A DNA stretch of 64,000 nt from contig OZ024742.1 of NCBI GenBank assembly GCA_964016885.1, forward strand, positions 281,666,001 through 281,730,000. Direction: 5' to 3'. Every line of letters starts with the position of its first letter. Position 1 is the stretch's first letter. A program made the position numbers and the translations under genes. The stretch is from Eledone cirrhosa. Its lineage: Eukaryota. A model generated the notes under the pieces. The model had not been told where the DNA came from and did no database searches. It was given only the letters and a program-made list of their open reading frames with translations. Positions 1-11,869 of the stretch are shown one piece after another.

Positions 1-247
1 GATACGGGTGGAGAAAAGAGAGAGAGAGAGGGGGAGATAGATAGAGACAGACAGACAGAGAGAGACAGAGAGAGAAAGTGAGATGGAGAGCAAAAGTGAG
101 GAAGAGATACAGCGAAAGAGAAAGTGGACTAGACCTGTTGCATTCGTTTTTAAATCATCGTGTTGATTTCAAACAAGACACTACGGCTTAATACGGGATG
201 TTTGATTTCAAACAAATACAACTATGCTAGTCCATTATTAGACATCG

Positions 248-432
248 GTGGATTGGCAGTATCGGTAGAGGGTCGGACGCCATGCTTTGCAGCATAGTTA
301 CGTCCCTTTATGATCTGAGTTCAAACCCCGCCGAGGTTGACTTTGCCTTTCATCCTTACGGCGTCGATGAAATAAAGTACCAGTAATGCACTGGGTAATT
401 GCTGGCCTTGTGCCTAAAGTAGAAAGAATTAT
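248..432 (+). mobile_element. tRNA-derived SINE (family S1)
   Basis: Box A-like TGGCAGTATCGG and box B-like GAGTTCAAACCC, then the conserved body ctttgcctttcatccttac..gtcgat.aaataaagtaccagt. About 10 copies in the window. Confidence 0.8.
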
Positions 433-728
433 TAGACATCTTAACAGGAATAAACATGCACGGTCTCAAGTAGTAAAAGTCCCTTCTTTCCTGTTGTCCA
501 CTTTCGTTACAGTTCAGAAGATGCTTATAAGTGAAATGCTATGTGTTAAGAGCAATAAGACCATTATTCAACTTTGTACTCCACACCTAGGTAATATAGA
601 GTTTGAACATTATTATAGGATAGAATGACCATTATACCTTATAGAATATATATATATATATATATATACAAAGGAATCGTAAAAGACTATTTCGAGTTTA
701 TAACTCAATATTTTATATATATATATAT

Positions 729-888
729 AAGTATGTACACGTACATACATATATGTATACAGACGTACAGTAGTATGTATATATATATATACATACATGC
801 ACACATATATATATGTACGTATGGATTCACCGAACATTTATTATAATGCTCGGTGTGTTTGTAAACAAACATCCCGTATTAAGCCGTA
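729..888 (-). repeat. Inverted partial copy of HHR repeat family A
   Basis: Reverse complement of about 1361-1525, embedded in (TA)n. Confidence 0.85.
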
Positions 889-986
889 TGTATATATATA
901 TATATATATATATGTATACATATATATGTATGTATACATACATATATATATATATATGTATGTATACATACATATATATATATACC

Positions 987-1039
<53 letters not shown>

Positions 1040-1041
<2 letters not shown>

Positions 1042-1583
1042 ATATATATACATACTACTGTACGTCTGTATACATATATGTATGTACGTATACATACTTA
1101 TATTTAAGTAACAGACGTACTAAGAGTGAGAAATGAAATTTCGTTTCATTTTTTCCGTTTATCCTTTTCAGTGCACCCGGCCGATTAACCCACTCGATAT
1201 GCAAATTGGGCTACTCAGCCGTTAATATGCATAAGATAAGTATATACGTTCAACAATCTGGCAGAAAGGTATACGTTGCTGACGATAGCTAATAAGCTTG
1301 AAACTAGTACAGCGTTCCTTTGTCAGTGTTGAACAAACGAGCAACGATGGTTGCTAGACACTACGGCTTAATACGGGATGTTTGTTTACAAACACACCAA
1401 GCATTATAATAAATGTTCGGTGAATCCATACGTACATATATATATGTGTGTGCATGTATGTATATATATATACATACTACTGTACGCATGTATACATATA
1501 TGTATGTACGTGTACATACTTATATTTAAGTAACAGCCGTACTAAGCGTGGGAAATGAAATTTCGTTTCATTTTTTCCGTTTA
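1040..1583 (+). mobile_element. HHR-containing tandem repeat family A (retrozyme-like), about 1.3 units of 422 bp
   Basis: catactactg recurs at 1051 and 1473. Contains an HHR. Ends aaatgaaatttcgtttcattttttccgttta followed by (TA)n. Confidence 0.8.
1273..1315 (+). ncRNA. Type I hammerhead ribozyme (family A)
   Basis: acgttg-CTGACGA-t.agc.taataa.gct.t-GAAA-ctag-TA-cagcgt. Stem I extends over about 1248-1332 (gttcaaca..ctggca.aaagg pairs with ccttt.gtcag.tgttgaac). Confidence 0.85.
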
Positions 1584-2229
1584 TATATATATATATATAT
1601 ATATATAATACAAATATATATATATATATACAAATGGAAGTTTAGTAAAATCTAAGTTTTTGGCTGTGGCCAAGCTATCGATAAACAATCAGGAATGTGC
1701 AGTAAAGCACACGAAAAGGTTGTGCCACTTAGAGTATTAACATACGTTAGAAAACTTGACAAATTGAAGACTGCGACCCGTTACCCAGCCACACGAACCA
1801 AAGCAACGAGAAAACCAACTCAGATATATAATATATAATATATATATATATGATTTTTAATGCGATGAAATACCAATGATCGTTGGCAAATCACTGATGA
1901 GGGACTCATTTTATAACATGCAATCCATGTGCAACCATGCAGTATTCTTCTCCCCATATTTTTCATATATATATATATATATATATATGCTATGTTGGCG
2001 TGTTTGACCTTTTGATTGAACCAAATATTTACATTGCGGCAGATCTTCGAGAAATCGCGAGAGTATTGCCAAGAGATATATTCTTGTTTTGAAAAGACTT
2101 ATAACCACGTTTCTCGAGAACTGCCGTGGAAGGTTCTGTAAGAGTAATGGAATAATGGATTGATGGGCAGCTTCTTGTAGTACTGATTAATCTATACGAA
2201 TGCCCGATTATTTGTTTTCGCATAAATGG

Positions 2230-3172
2230 TGCTAATCGAAAATATTTCATGTGGGCGTGAGACTCCGCCAGGGTTACGTACTATCACCTCTTCTCTTTAA
2301 ATTTGTTCATGAAAATTGACATTCACAGCGGGGATGGAAGTGGTGTCATGACTGGCAGGTGTAAAATCAGTCAGCTGCAAATTGCAGTCGACATGGTGTT
2401 ACTTAACTCGACAGAAGATTTTAGACTTGCACTTCATAGATTTGATGGCAAATATTGTATGGCTGAAATGAAAATCAGTGCTTCGAAAATTGACACCCTT
2501 ATCCTCTCAACGAAGCCTAAGCTGTGCATTCTACACGCCAATGGAGTTCCACGGAAGCAAGTGAAGAAGTTCAAGTATCTCAGGGCCGTGTTTACGATTG
2601 ATGGAAGTCAGGAGGCTGAATTATGTGCAAGAATTGCAGAAGCTGGTCCAATAACGAGCCAGCTTCAGCATACGGTAATCAGAAGAAAGGACTATGTTTA
2701 AACGCCAAACTAGCTATCTTCAATTCAGTATTCCAGTCAACCCTTACCGATGGTAAAGAATCTTCGGTAATTACCGAAAGAATGCGATCGGAATACAAGC
2801 GGTCGAAATGGGGTTCTTCCAAAAGGTCTTTGGAGTAACGTTACTCGTTAGAGTGCGTAGCTCAGGAATCAGAGCCACTCCAGGTAGAGCCACTACTTCG
2901 CCTAATTGAAAGATCACACCTCCGGTACTATGGGCATCCGATTAGAATGTCTCAGGAAAGAATGGCAGGACAGTTTTTACGGGCAAAGCCAACCGGCAGT
3001 TGATCCAAGGGTAGACCTCGAACAACATTATTGGATAACATCCATGAGCTTGGCTGGACTCGCTTGGGGATCAAGCTGGACCAGGAGAAGACGGTTGCTT
3101 CTGATAGGACCAGTTGGAAGGGGTAATTGAGGTCTCTGCTCCCACGACCCTCTCAGTCAGGAATAAGTGGGT
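2230..3172 (+). mobile_element. RTE-clade LINE, degenerate 3' fragment (RT C-terminus)
   Basis: Translation ..KQVKKFKYL.AVFTIDG..EL.ARIAEA.. and downstream ..KLAIFNSVFQSTLT.GKES.. resemble RTE ORF C-termini. Followed by a (GAA)n tail. Confidence 0.65.
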
Positions 3173-3315
3173 GAAGAAGAAGAAGAAGAAGAAGAAGAAG
3201 AAGAAGAAGAAGAAGAAGAAGAAGAAGAAGAAGAAGAAGAAGAAGAAGAAGAAGAAGAAGAAGAAGAAGAAGAAGAAGAAGAAGAAGAAGAAGAAGAAGA
3301 AGAAGAAGAAGAAGA
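3173..3315 (+). repeat. (GAA)n microsatellite, LINE tail
   Basis: Perfect GAA run directly after the RTE fragment. Confidence 0.95.
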
Positions 3316-3394
3316 TTCTAAACATTCTTGACTTTAGTCCTCCTTCAGATTATAGAATGAGAAATCAAAGAAGAAATAGAAAGATATATATATA

Positions 3395-3425
<31 letters not shown>

Positions 3426-3590
3426 AGATAGGTAAATATACACGGGTGTGTATGATTGTGTATAGAAGATTATATTAATAAGAGGAATTCCAACTTTGTC
3501 TGATTTACTCGTTTTATTTACGATCCTTTAAAATATATAATGGTATTATAATGAAATAGTATGATAGAATATTAAATTCTAAGTGTTAAT

Positions 3591-3629
3591 TGAACAAGTA
3601 CTTTCATGCTTTCGCAATCTTCAGGTTCA
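3591..3629 (-). ncRNA. Minimal type I hammerhead ribozyme in PLE1 pseudo-LTR
   Basis: Minus strand: tgaac-CTGAAGA-t.tgc.gaaa.gca.t-GAAA-gtac-TT-gttca, with a palindromic stem III (AGUACU). Confidence 0.85.
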
Positions 3630-4006
3630 TAATATGTGGTGACAGTCGAGTTTGCAATTTTCAACTGTAATGAGATGGGTAAATTTCCTACCTTTTATAC
3701 ATTTTATACAGAGAAAGGTGGCTCCAGAATGCTAAGCCCTGTAAACTGTATTTCGAACAATCAGTGTGTAGTTTCACTGAATTACTAAAGCTGATTGGTT
3801 TAAGCGTCACGGCTGGTTGAGCATGCTAACGACCAATAATCATATCCAAAGCATCAATTGTTTTGCTATTTTTAGAAATGATGAAAATAGCATTTTCTAT
3901 TAATCATCACGATCAACATCACTTTTATTATTATTATTATTGTTGTTGTTGTTGTTGTTAGTGGTCGTGGTCATAGTGGTAGTAGAAGTAATACCCCTAA
4001 GCGTTA

Positions 4007-6179
4007 TTATTGTTCATTTAGCTTGGGTTTGAATTTATCAATAACATTCTTTTCTTTGATTTTTCTCTTGATTTCACTTGGGCTGTGTAATTTGTAAAAT
4101 GGAAATATTATAAATATTCCCTGACCACATGTTGCTAGGTGGTTGCTTAGAGGTATCTGACGGACATTTGGGTCTCTGATTTGTTGACGGTGCACCCGTG
4201 CACGTTCCAGTTTGACCGACATATATTTCTTCACAATTCGGGCATTTAATGCAGTAAATTAGATTTCTGCTTTTGCAGTTCATATTTGTATTTGGGAATA
4301 TTTTTCCAGTTTTTGTTTTCATATATTGACCGGTGTGTATGGATTGACATGTGCCGCATCGACTATCATTGCATTTAGATACAGTGAATGATTGGTCTTT
4401 GTTGTTAAGGTCAAACTTTGCTTTTGTTAGTAATTGCTTCAAATTTTTTGGCTGTCTTTTACTAAGAGTCAAAGATCGATCTGTGATTAAGCCTTTTAAT
4501 TCATTACTTTGAGCAATGATCGGTAGGTTTGCTTTGGCAGTGTTGAAGATATTCTGGTGACATGGGTTGTGTGTCATTATAAATGGTATGACCAGTTCTT
4601 GGTTTCTTCTTCCTTGGGTTGTTCTAAGTTGTTGCATAGGTATTTTTATAGACCGCTGTATGCCATTTTCTATAAATAGAGATGGGTATTTTTGTTTGAG
4701 CAAAAATTCTTTTAGTTCTGTTAGGCGTTTGTACCTGGTATTCGTATCTTCTACAATAGTACAAATTCTTCTGGCTAGGTAGTATGGGATGTTGCGTTTT
4801 GTATGAGGTGGATGGCACGACTTAAAATTCAGATATTGATGGGTGTCTGTGTGTTTATAATATATATTCGTGGTAATGGTGGTGTCGTTTTTGATTATCA
4901 TTATATCTAGGAATGGTAATTTGGTCGTACTCATCTCTTTTGTGAATTGGAGAGATGGGTGTAGGTTATTCAGGAGGATATTGAACTCATCCAGAGTATC
5001 TAGAGATTCTGTCCAGATGATGAAACAGTCGTCAAGGTATCTCTTCCAAGATTTTTCAATGTACTTTCTAAAGTCAGTACTATATTTTTCCTCTATTTCT
5101 TGGTAGAGTTGTTGTTCTAAGTATCCCATTACAGAGTTCGCGTAAACGGGAGCAAACTTCGTTCCCATCGCTGTGCCTCTAATTTGGATGTAATTCTTTC
5201 CATTGAAGAAGAAAGTGTTGTTTTCCAGAATAAGTTTAACTGCGTCTAATATAAATGGCGCCGTGAATCTAATGGGAATCACTTCTCTATGTTTTTCCAC
5301 CCAGTATTTAACCGCCTTTATTCTTAAATCATGTGTAATGTTGGTGTAAAGGCTTACCACATCAAAACTGAGTAGAAGTGAATTCGTTTCCGTGGTTTTG
5401 TGAAGATGGGACAGGAAGTCGATATCATCCCGGATGAAACTGGGTATGTGAATACATAGTGATTTCAAAATAATGTCAACAAAATTGCTTAGACAATGGG
5501 TGGGGCATGTTGGACCAGCTATAATAGGTCTAAGTTTTAAGTCTTTTGGGTGTAATAATTTAATGTACTCACTGTTTTGTTCTCTTACTGCCAGTTGTAT
5601 TTCTTTTGACTTATGAACTTTCGGTAGGCCATACAGGTTGCTGGGTTTCGGCTCAAAATTGGTGATGTAGTCTCTTTCCTTATCAGTAAATGAGTTGTGG
5701 TATTTTGAAGCCAGGTTGTTGATCTTCTTCATGGTGTTGTGGTCTATATTTGACGGTATTTCATGATAGAATGTTGTGTCTTTCAGCTGTTCCTCAACCA
5801 AATCCTTGTAGTATTCAGTATCCATTATAACAACTGCACCTCCTTTATCTGCTTGTTTAATTATTATTGTTTTATCATTTTGTATACGTTTAAGTGCAGA
5901 CATTTCTGATTTGTTAATGTTTGGCCTAACATTAGTATTATGTCTAAGAGGAAATTTAGACAGGATGTCAATGTATTGGTCGAGATAGATATTTCTTCCT
6001 TTTGGCGGAGTGAAATTTGATTTATTCTTTACTAGTGATTCATCACTCTCATTATTTTTATCAGCGAAGAATTCTACAAGACGTAATTTTCGACAGAATT
6101 CTTGGGTATCCTCCTTCAGTTCTTGGTGGTTGACTGTTGGAGTCGGTGTGAATTTCAGTCCTTTTGACAGAATTTGCAT
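4007..6179 (-). pseudogene. PLE1a reverse transcriptase + GIY-YIG endonuclease, frameshifted in the endonuclease
   Basis: SKGLKFTPTP, ADKGGAVV, LRPII, FDVVSLYT, GTAMG, RYLDD, Cys linker CNDSRCGTC, IYCIKCPNC..YVGQTG. The endonuclease continues in another frame (ARVHRQQIR..HL..PKLNEQ, ORF 4007-4234). Confidence 0.9.
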
Positions 6180-6226
6180 TTCATCATTGTCAAGATCTCT
6201 TTTAGATAAATTAATTATTTTAGGAT

Positions 6227-7333
6227 CTACGTGTACAGCTGTTTTGGGTATGTTTCCTCCTGGAGTTTTTCTTTTTCCGGTTTTTGTTGTCCTGACGTTA
6301 AAAAATGGATTTTTCTCTGTTCAGGATTTATATTCCTGTTGGTGTTCGCTTGATGAACTTTTGGTCGTGATATTATATTTGGTTTCGTTATGTATTTTGT
6401 CCTATTTTTGGTATTCTGTATATTATTTTTCTTCCTGTTAGCATTATTTTTAACAATCTGGGAAAATGACCTAGGTTTGCTTTCAGGTTTAGATCGTTTT
6501 TTCGTCCAGTTTCTTGTGGGCAATCTCTGTTGAGATCTTGAGAGTGATCTGGTTATTCTACGTTTTGTTTTCACATTCCTTGTTGGTAGTTTCTGTTGAG
6601 ATCTTGAGAATGATCTCCTGGTTTTACTACTTCTCATGGTCTGGTCAAAGTAATATCTATCGTGTTCTTGCTTTTTGTTCATGTTGTGTGCGATAGGGTG
6701 TTTTTGTAGAAAAAGCGAAGAGTTATTACCGTAGTTCTTCTTTGATTCAAGGTAAGGTGAGTGTTTGTGTTGGCACGTGTTCTGGCGTATGTTGTGTTGA
6801 TGAGATTGCCCACTTTTAATGCTTTTTCTCAGGGTTCCAGAGTCTTTACCGTAATTTGCAGCATATTCATCGAGAAATAATTGTTTCTGCTGCCATACCT
6901 TTCTTGATTTGTTTTCTTCTTTTGAGATATCTCCGATCCATAGTTCTCGTAGTTTTTCAGCTATAATACCAGTCGTTAGCTTTGAAATTTCAACTTCAAT
7001 TTGGTCATCAATAGCTTCATATTTAGCTTTGTAGCGGGATTGTTTACATTCAGAAATGGAGATGTCGGTCCTGAATTTTGTCAATGTAAGTTCCCATCGG
7101 AGTTTTGTTTCTTCTTCTGGTTCTCCTGCAATTTCTGTAATTAGGTATTTACGAGGGAGTATGGGTGCCGTTAGAGAGAGCCATTTCGAATGTGTTTCGA
7201 CATATTTTTCGCATCTGTATGCTTTCCAGAAATTTTGTTTTCTTATGTTAAGGAATTTTTTCCATGTCTTCCACATTTCTTTTCTTATTCGATGTGTTTT
7301 GTTTTCCAAATTTCTTTCGTTTATTTCTGACAT
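6227..7333 (-). CDS. PLE1a ORF1, predicted helical/coiled-coil N-half and basic K/R/S-rich C-half
   Basis: 368-aa ORF directly upstream of RT on the same strand, with a repeated SRSQQ.LPTRN motif. Nearly identical to 8001-9107. Confidence 0.7.
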   Translation of the reverse strand: MSEINERNLENKTHRIRKEMWKTWKKFLNIRKQNFWKAYRCEKYVETHSKWLSLTAPILPRKYLITEIAGEPEEETKLRWELTLTKFRTDISISECKQSRYKAKYEAIDDQIEVEISKLTTGIIAEKLRELWIGDISKEENKSRKVWQQKQLFLDEYAANYGKDSGTLRKSIKSGQSHQHNIRQNTCQHKHSPYLESKKNYGNNSSLFLQKHPIAHNMNKKQEHDRYYFDQTMRSSKTRRSFSRSQQKLPTRNVKTKRRITRSLSRSQQRLPTRNWTKKRSKPESKPRSFSQIVKNNANRKKNNIQNTKNRTKYITKPNIISRPKVHQANTNRNINPEQRKIHFLTSGQQKPEKEKLQEETYPKQLYT

Positions 7334-7469
7334 CCAAGGGGGTTGTGGGGTTGTGGTAGGCTTTCTCTTGTATCTTTGATAACTGTTGGTATAATTTCAG
7401 CTAAATTCATTTGTTGCTTTCCAGACATGTTGGCATATACACAATAGGAATATATATATAGATATAGAT

Positions 7470-7724
7470 AGGTAAATATACACGGGTGTGTATGATTGTG
7501 TATAGAAGATTATATTAATAAGAGGAATTCCAAATTTGTCTGATTTACTCGTTTTAATTACAATCCTTTAAAATATATAATGGTATTATATTGAAATAGT
7601 ATGATAGAATATTAAATTCTAAGTGTTAATTGAACAAGTACTTTCATGCTTTCGCAATCTTCAGGTTCATAATATGTGGTGATAGTCGAGTTTGCAATTT
7701 TCAACTGTAATGAGATGGGTAAAT
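7470..7724 (-). repeat. Inverted PLE1 pseudo-LTR at the 5' end of copy b, with HHR at 7631-7669
   Basis: Direct repeat of about 3431-3684 with the same HHR sequence. Confidence 0.9.
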
Positions 7725-8000
7725 GTCCTCCTATTGTGTATATGCCAACATGTCTGGAAAGCAACAAATGAAACCAACAGAATCAGAAAGAATTCTAAAG
7801 GAGATATCATCGAAATTATCAACACTTATCACGATGATGGACACACAATCCTCTATTTTAAAGGAAATAGAAAAACAATCTACAGACGGAAAACTTATAA
7901 CTGAACATATAAACTCTGAAATTAAGAATTTAGCTGAAATTATACCAACAGTTATCAAAGATACAAGAGAAAGCCTACCACAACCCCACAACCCCCTTGG

Positions 8001-9107
8001 ATGTCAGAAATAAACGAAAGAAATTTGGAAAACAAAACACATCGAATAAGAAAAGAAATGTGGAAGACATGGAAAAAATTCCTTAACATAAGAAAACAAA
8101 ATTTCTGGAAAGCATACAGATGCGAAAAATATGTCGAAACACATTCGAAATGGCTCTCTCTAACGGCACCCATACTCCCTCGTAAATACCTAATTACAGA
8201 AATTGCAGGAGAACCAGAAGAAGAAACAAAACTCCGATGGGAACTTACATTGACAAAATTCAGGACCGACATCTCCATTTCTGAATGTAAACAATCCCGC
8301 TACAAAGCTAAATATGAAGCTATTGATGACCAAATTGAAGTTGAAATTTCAAAGCTAACGACTGGTATTATAGCTGAAAAACTACGAGAACTATGGATCG
8401 GAGATATCTCAAAAGAAGAAAACAAATCAAGAAAGGTATGGCAGCAGAAACAATTATTTCTCGATGAATATGCTGCAAATTACGGTAAAGACTCTGGAAC
8501 CCTGAGAAAAAGCATTAAAAGTGGGCAATCTCATCAACACAACATACGCCAGAACACGTGCCAACACAAACACTCACCTTACCTTGAATCAAAGAAGAAC
8601 TACGGTAATAACTCTTCGCTTTTTCTACAAAAACACCCTATCGCACACAACATGAACAAAAAGCACAAACACGATAGATATTACTTTGACCAGACCATGA
8701 GAAGTAGTAAAACCAGGAGATCATTCTCAAGATCTCAACAGAAACTACCAACAAGGAATGTGAAAACAAAACGTAGAATAACCAGATCACTCTCAAGATC
8801 TCAACAGAGATTGCCCACAAGAAACTGGACGAAAAAACGATCTAAACCTGAAAGCAAACCTAGGTCATTTTCCCAGATTGTTAAAAATAATGCTAACAGG
8901 AAGAAAAATAATATACAGAATACCAAAAATAGGACAAAATACATAACGAAACCAAATATAATATCACGACCAAAAGTTCATCAAGCGAACACCAACAGGA
9001 ATATAAATCCTGAACAGAGAAAAATCCATTTTTTAACGTCAGGACAACAAAAACCGGAAAAAGAAAAACTCCAGGAGGAAACATACCCAAAACAGCTGTA
9101 CACGTAG
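8001..9107 (+). CDS. PLE1b ORF1 (368 aa; likely extended upstream by the overlapping ORF 7750-8013)
   Basis: Open ORF that overlaps the RT reading frame over 9014-9107. Confidence 0.7.
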   Translation: MSEINERNLENKTHRIRKEMWKTWKKFLNIRKQNFWKAYRCEKYVETHSKWLSLTAPILPRKYLITEIAGEPEEETKLRWELTLTKFRTDISISECKQSRYKAKYEAIDDQIEVEISKLTTGIIAEKLRELWIGDISKEENKSRKVWQQKQLFLDEYAANYGKDSGTLRKSIKSGQSHQHNIRQNTCQHKHSPYLESKKNYGNNSSLFLQKHPIAHNMNKKHKHDRYYFDQTMRSSKTRRSFSRSQQKLPTRNVKTKRRITRSLSRSQQRLPTRNWTKKRSKPESKPRSFSQIVKNNANRKKNNIQNTKNRTKYITKPNIISRPKVHQANTNRNINPEQRKIHFLTSGQQKPEKEKLQEETYPKQLYT

Positions 9108-11141
9108 ATCCTAAAATAATTAATTTATCTAAAAGAGATCTTGACAATGATGAAATGCAAATTCTGTCAAAAGGACTGAAATTCACACCGACTCCAACAG
9201 TCAACCACCAAGAACTGAAGGAGGATACCCAAGAATTCTGTCGAAAATTACGTCTTGTAGAATTCTTCGCTGATAAAAATAATGAGAGTGATGAATCACT
9301 AGTAAAGAATAAATCAAATTTCACTCCGCCAAAAGGAAGAAATATCTATCTCGACCAATACATTGACATTCTGTCTAAATTTCCTCTTAGACATAATACT
9401 AATGTTAGGCCAAACATTAACAAATCAGAAATGTCTGCACTTAAACGTATACAAAATGATAAAACAATAATAATTAAACAAGCAGATAAAGGAGGTGCAG
9501 TTGTTATAATGGATACTGAATACTACAAGGATTTGGTTGAGGAACAGCTGAAAGACACAACATTCTATCATGAAATACCGTCAAATATAGACCACAACAC
9601 CATGAAGAAGATCAACAACCTGGCTTCAAAATACCACAACTCATTTACTGATAAGGAAAGAGACTACATCACCAATTTTGAGCCGAAACCCAGCAACCTG
9701 TATGGCCTACCGAAAGTTCATAAGTCAAAAGAAATACAACTGGCAGTAAGAGAACAAAACAGTGAGTACATTAAATTATTACACCCAAAAGACTTAAAAC
9801 TTAGACCTATTATAGCTGGTCCAACATGCCCCACCCATTGTCTAAGCAATTTTGTTGACATTATTTTGAAATCACTATGTATTCACATACCCAGTTTCAT
9901 CCGGGATGATATCGACTTCCTGTCCCATCTTCACAAAACCACGGAAACGAATTCACTTCTACTCAGTTTTGATGTGGTAAGCCTTTACACCAACATTACA
10001 CATGATTTAGGAATAAAGGCGGTTAAATACTGGGTGGAAAAACATAGAGAAGTGATTCCCATTAGATTCACGGCGCCATTTATATTAGACGCAGTTAAAC
10101 TTATTCTGGAAAACAACACTTTCTTCTTCAATGGAAAGAATTACATCCAAATTAGAGGCACAGCGATGGGAACTAAGTTTGCTCCCGTTTACGCGAACTC
10201 TGTAATGGGATACTTAGAACAACAACTCTACCAAGAAATAGAGGAAAAATATAGTACTGACTTTAGAAAGTACATTGAAAAATCTTGGAAGAGATACCTT
10301 GACGACTGTTTCATCATCTGGACAGAATCTCTAGATACTCTGGATGAGTTCAATATCCTCCTGAATAACCTACACCCATCTCTCCAATTCACAAAAGAGA
10401 TGAGTACGACCAAATTACCATTCCTAGATATAATGATAATCAAAAACGACACCACCATTACCACGAATATATATTATAAACACACAGACACCCATCAATA
10501 TCTGAATTTTAAGTCGTGCCATCCACCTCATACAAAACGCAACATCCCATACTGCCTAGCCAGAAGAATTTGTACCATTGTAGAAGATACGAATACCAGG
10601 TACAAACGCCTAACAGAACTAAAAGAATTTTTGCTCAAACAAAAATACCCATCTCTATTTATAGAAAATGGCATACAGCGGGCTATAAAAATACCTATAC
10701 AACAACTTAGAACAACACAAGGAAGAAGAAACCAAGAACTGGTCATACCATTTATAATGACACACAACCCATGTCACCAGAATATCTTCAACACTGCCAA
10801 AGCAAACCTACCGATCATTGCTCAAAGTAATGAATTAAAAGGCTTAATCACAGATCGATCTTTGACTCTTAGTAAAAGACAGCCAAAAAATTTGAAGCAA
10901 TTACTAACAAAAGCAAAGTTTGACCTTAACAACAAAGACCAATCATTCACTGTATCTAAATGCAATGATAGTCGATGCGGCACATGTCAATCCATACACG
11001 CCGGTCAATATATGAAATCAAAAACTGTAAAAATATTCCCAAATGCAAATATGAACTGCAAAAGCAGAAATCTAATTTACTGCATTAAATGCCCGAATTG
11101 TGAAGAACTATATGTCGGTCAAACTGGAAATGCACTATCGG
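9014..11141 (+). CDS. PLE1b reverse transcriptase + partial GIY-YIG
   Basis: Frame is open from 9014 (first ATG at 9155). RT motifs DKG, DVVSLYT, GTAMG and YLDD are intact. The endonuclease is truncated at 11141. Confidence 0.9.
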
Positions 11142-11869
11142 AAAAAAGTGTATGTTGATAAGTATTGTGGCAATTTCAAAATTAACGAAGAGAAAAAAAT
11201 ATTAAGGTAGAAGGATTTGAGAAAAATAATGTGAAGTTAAAGTTTGTATATTGAAGGAATTGATAATATGTGCGAATAGAGAGTTAATATGTATTAAGAA
11301 TGAGTTCGTTGATGGGGAGAAAAAAATAATAAATTAAGGATGAAATTGAGATTAAAAAGTTTTAATTTATACATTAAAAAGTTTTAATTCATACATTATC
11401 TTCCAACGGTTCTCAACCTCTCTATGTAAAACAATATATCTTTTCTCAGTTATAAAAACTATCTCTTTCTCTCTATCACCCATCTCTCCCTCTCCACCTT
11501 CACTCTCATCTCCTCCCCCTTTTTTCATTCCTTCCCCCCCCCCTCCCTAAATAAAATATGTTTTCCTCGTACATATCTTCCCTTCGTTAATTTTCAAATT
11601 CTTTTAATTTATACATTATCTTCCAACGGTTTTCAACCTCTCTATGTAAAACAATATATCTTCTCTCAGTTATAAAAACTATCTCTTTCTCTCTATCACC
11701 CATCTCTCCCTCTCATCTCCTCCCCTTTTTCATCCTTTCCACCCCACCCCCCTCTCTAAATAAAATATTTTTCCCAATATCACACATCAATCTAAAACCA
11801 CTTTTCATATGTTGATTTAAAACTGTACTATCCACAAGTGTTTTTTAGCCTTCATATCATGTTCTCCTG

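Larger units (their letters stand above)
3432..7449 (-). mobile_element. Penelope-like element PLE1, copy a (Neptune-like)
   Basis: ORF1, RT/GIY-YIG ORF and a 3' pseudo-LTR with HHR. Near-identical inverted copy of 7729-11141, lacking the segment equivalent to about 7771-7926. Confidence 0.92.
7725..11141 (+). mobile_element. Penelope-like element PLE1, copy b (3'-truncated)
   Basis: ORF0/ORF1 plus RT. Breaks after ..GQTGNALSE, where PLE2 sequence begins. Confidence 0.92.

Noticed and set aside
248-335. tRNA genes at the box A/B motifs
   Set aside because: No cloverleaf. The motifs are heads of multicopy SINEs.
1894-1900. CTGATGA as a hammerhead core (also 19732-19738, minus strand)
   Set aside because: No downstream stem II + GAAA, and no pairing consistent with a type II or III permutation.
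3071-3431. Poly-Lys / poly-Phe ORFs
   Set aside because: Translation of the (GAA)n LINE tail.
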